Of a stretch of 64,000 nt of DNA, positions 60,825 through 64,000 are shown piece after piece. The position numbers and the translations under genes were made by a program. Source of the DNA: Wickerhamiella versatilis (taxonomy: Eukaryota). How positions within the stretch are numbered: the stretch's first letter is position 1; each line of letters starts with the position of its first letter. The notes below the pieces were generated by a model. That model was not told the origin of the DNA and ran no database searches. It saw only the letters and a list, made by a program, of their open reading frames with translations. The stretch spans positions 62,001 to 126,000 of the forward strand of contig JAQOWU010000001.1 in NCBI GenBank assembly GCA_030867685.1, in the 5' to 3' direction.

Positions 60825-61679
60825 TCAACTAAGCCAAATCCAGCCGACGGTACCCGCTGCCATCATAGAGATTCCTGCCCACCATATGGTGTCATAGTTA
60901 GCAGAGTGCTGTCGTTTCGCGTCCGTTCGCGACCTGTTCTTCAATGCGCGGCGAACTTTGTTTCGCACACTCCTGTCATCAATACCGCGTCGCTTTTTAG
61001 ATGATGATGAGCCATCACCAGTAGGGTTCATTGTCTGGGTTGGCAGCATCTGCGGGGGCTTGTACACCAGATACATGGGCGCCATTGGTGTGCCATCAAA
61101 CTGATACAGATTAAGGCGGTATCGACCATAGTAATCATCTATAAGTACCTCATACTTCTGGTAAATCTCTTTCTGGTGATAACGGGTGTATTCTGCCTCC
61201 TCATTTGTTTGATTGCAGGGGTCAGATACCAGTTGGCGACCGTCAACTGCAAAAGGATTCAATATGAGTGAATTACTACTATTCACCTCATACGTGCCAT
61301 GCTGGAAGGTGAGGGCTGCCGACGGGCAGTCTGGTCTGCTTGGGTTTGAGGTGATTTGGTACAAAGCCTGTTCGAAATACCCGTCTTTCGTGAACGAAAA
61401 AGAGATCCCGGGAAGCGCCGGCTCGATAAGGAGCTCATCAACCGGATCATAAAAATCTGGTCCAGTGAGAACCATCTGGCTCTTGGACGTCCAGGTTCCT
61501 TCCAAATATTTTGGTTCACTCCAAGGTCCCAAATCAAAAGTGTACGAAGGTGTCTCCAGACCGGTTTGAGTTGCACTCAGCGTTTCTCCCGAAGTGTGAT
61601 CTGCCGCTGGTCCATTGCCAATCTGTTGGCCACCCGGTGCTTGGGCTGCTACAACAGCGAGGACTGCTAGGAGTCTCAT
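60825..61679 (-). CDS. ROT1: ER membrane chaperone Rot1
   Basis: Signal peptide from ATG 61679; GTWTSKS..V.TGP.FYDPVDELLIEP, FAVDGRQL.SDPC; C-terminal TM. Confidence 0.93.
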   Translation of the reverse strand: MRLLAVLAVVAAQAPGGQQIGNGPAADHTSGETLSATQTGLETPSYTFDLGPWSEPKYLEGTWTSKSQMVLTGPDFYDPVDELLIEPALPGISFSFTKDGYFEQALYQITSNPSRPDCPSAALTFQHGTYEVNSSNSLILNPFAVDGRQLVSDPCNQTNEEAEYTRYHQKEIYQKYEVLIDDYYGRYRLNLYQFDGTPMAPMYLVYKPPQMLPTQTMNPTGDGSSSSKKRRGIDDRSVRNKVRRALKNRSRTDAKRQHSANYDTIWWAGISMMAAGTVGWIWLS

Positions 61680-61957
61680 GAGCAAAGGAGTTCTACGTTA
61701 CTAAGCGGATAAATTTGGTAACTGTATATGCGCCAGGAGGCTTTGAGTATCCTAAACCGCGTATCAGATATATGCTGATACTTATAACGAGTATGTTTAA
61801 GAAAAAAGATATTCAGAATATTCTTTGAGGTCAAGCTAAACCCAAACGCGAAATTATAAAAAGATAAGAAATAGTATCTTTCAAGATCTAAAGTTTTTAA
61901 TTTTTTTTTCGAAATATTCTCGGAAAATAAAATTTATCACCTCATTATCATTAAAAT

Positions 61958-62977
61958 TTAATGTTCTGCATGCAGAAAGGACACCTTCGGCGGGTTTAGA
62001 TTAAATGGTGTGACTGGTGGACTTGCCTGTGATTGTGGTGAAGGCAATGTTGCTGCACTAGACGATGCAGACGCACAAGCGTAGTCGAAAGAAGCCTGTC
62101 GGCTGGACATAACCGAAGAAGGTGGAGTGAGAGGAGATGAGAACATCTGGTTTTGTGTTGTTGCGAGCTGCTCCTCCTCTCTGGCACATTTCTGGCGCAT
62201 CATGTATTGGTCGACGACCCGCGTAACCTGGTGATGCTCCATTGTGCCGAACTTCTCAGCCAATTTGCGAGGTGGATTTGTGACAAGGTCCACCAGCAGA
62301 CTGAGGCATGTGATTTCTTGGGGGGTTGTGACCTCACTAAATGGATCTGGGAGAACATTGAGGAGGTGCAAACTGAGTGCGTGCACACAGCGAGCGACCA
62401 TATAAGGATCCTCACCCACAAAATCCTTGTGGTAGAGGGTGATCTCCGCAATGTACCTGCCGAGATCCTCAAGTAGAGCCGACGACCCATTGCTCAACAG
62501 CAGAGATAGAAAAGTATCCACTGTGCAATGTGAGATATTCCAATCCAAAGTGTTCAGCATGTGTCCCTCCATCTGCACAAACATGTCCCCCGCGTAAGCC
62601 TTGCAACAAAGGTGCCTCAGCATCTGGATAGTAGGTACTCGTGATTTCTTGTCTTCGTACTTCGCGGCTATCCACAGAGCTGTGCAACCCATGAGCTGGA
62701 AATGTTTCCTAAACACTATACGGCGAGAGCAGTAGCGGTTTACGATGTTAACCGCAAGAAACAATGTCTGAGGCTGCAATCGGAGTCGTGTGTGGACGTC
62801 TATCATAAAATCAACCAACGTTGGCCACATCCTCCATTCAATCTCAGGTTGCATATCAATCATAACGGGTTCAGGACGGGTGGCTCGATCTTGTGCAATT
62901 ACATGCTCAAGGATCGACTGTCGATACTCTGTCGCGACCCGTCGCGACAGTTCACGCTCTGCCACTACCGTCTCCAT
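61958..62977 (-). CDS. G1/S cyclin (Cln1/Cln2/Ccn1-like)
   Basis: IDMQPEIEW.M cyclin box, RYCSRRIV...HFQL.GC.ALWIAAKYEDKK, PEST tail with SP/TP sites; tandem with ROT1 as CLN1 is in S. cerevisiae. Confidence 0.9.
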   Translation of the reverse strand: METVVAERELSRRVATEYRQSILEHVIAQDRATRPEPVMIDMQPEIEWRMWPTLVDFMIDVHTRLRLQPQTLFLAVNIVNRYCSRRIVFRKHFQLMGCTALWIAAKYEDKKSRVPTIQMLRHLCCKAYAGDMFVQMEGHMLNTLDWNISHCTVDTFLSLLLSNGSSALLEDLGRYIAEITLYHKDFVGEDPYMVARCVHALSLHLLNVLPDPFSEVTTPQEITCLSLLVDLVTNPPRKLAEKFGTMEHHQVTRVVDQYMMRQKCAREEEQLATTQNQMFSSPLTPPSSVMSSRQASFDYACASASSSAATLPSPQSQASPPVTPFNLNPPKVSFLHAEH

Positions 62978-63807
62978 AGCTTGTTTTTTCCAAGATGGGT
63001 AGTCTTCAGATCTTATAGTTACCTAACTCCATCCCTTTTCAGCCCCCTGCAGTCCTTCGAAATATTCAGGGTAAGGAGCAACTAAGTACATTTTGCATTC
63101 CGCACATTTCATAAAGCAAAAAGAAGTAAAAATTTGATTATGACATATAAAGAAGATATTAAGAGTATACAAAGAGTTTTTGAAGGCATATTTCGCGCCC
63201 AAACAGGTCAACGGCTTGACCGCGTTCAGGGCTGGGTTATGGGCAAGGTGATCAAGGGGACGTTCTCTGAGCTCTAACCGGAATCAAGGGACATGTGAAG
63301 GTATTTGTTACTTACATCTATAATTAATGAAGCAAATAAAATATTCGCCTGTGAAATATAGATATAGACGCCTTTGGTGTTCAAATTGGGCCCTGGCATC
63401 TTGAGCGTTGCCCTTACCCACCATACCACCTGTGTGTTGCCGTGGCTTCAGTGATTTTACCGGAAAATAAGTTGCACCCAGGCCAATAGTATTAATTACT
63501 CCCAGATACATTCAGGCTTGTCTGAGGGTTGTCTCACTCCTGCAGCGAGTCCTTTTTACCCCTCGCCCTCTTTGAGTCCCTAATTAGACTGCTGGATACA
63601 GCGGGGCTCTCTCGAAAAAGGACAATCGCGAATTATATACACCTATGCCATTGACGCAAAATTTAGTTGGTTCCTATTCTCTGTAGCAAGTGAATCTAGG
63701 ATAAATCTTTCAGCCGCGGAAAATCCCGAATAGCCTGTTCAGGCCGCCTGCGCCGAGGCGCATTACTCCTAACCCCGTGGTATGCATATTGGCATAGTGA
63801 GGTGTCG

Positions 63808-63874
63808 ACGCGTGAAATTGATCCTGAAACGGCAAAACTAGTTAATAGCATCTATTTGACAAAATAAAACGCGT
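63808..63874. promoter_or_regulatory. Pair of MCB-like ACGCGT elements
   Basis: ACGCGT at 63808-63813 and 63869-63874, upstream of the G1 cyclin. The target could instead be a gene outside the window. Confidence 0.4.
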
Positions 63875-64000
63875 CCTAGACTCTCTCATGTGACCCACAT
63901 TCTCCACTCCTTGCTTAACTCCTGTCATGAAGAATTAAATCACCTGACCCTTATTTGTCATCATTATAAGACATTGGACACGAGAGCTTCCGCTGTGCGG

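Overview
Gene-dense, intron-poor nuclear DNA of a budding yeast. CTG is read as Leu at conserved positions, and the gene content (Ams2-type GATA factor, MOSC protein, LAT permease, NDE1-type NDH-2, tRNA-Ala(CGC)) suggests an early-diverging lineage; this taxonomy is inference. I can support 29 protein-coding genes, one of them missed by the ORF track (an N2227 methyltransferase running off the left edge). There are also two tRNAs (Ala-CGC, Asn-GTT), a degenerate tandem tRNA copy and one clear spliceosomal intron (PP2C). No transposon, rRNA or CRISPR array was seen. Best candidates for novelty: (1) a 1313-aa surface protein with the same unrecognised ~200-aa Cys-rich domain at both ends of a modular Ser-rich stalk, with a dibasic site before its GPI-like signal; (2) an AT-rich, micro-repeat-rich 1.2-kb gap that may be a centromere; (3) a tRNA-derived element with intact Pol III boxes; (4) a hairpin-rich intergenic segment that may be an ncRNA. 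Family calls come from remembered motifs, not from database searches.
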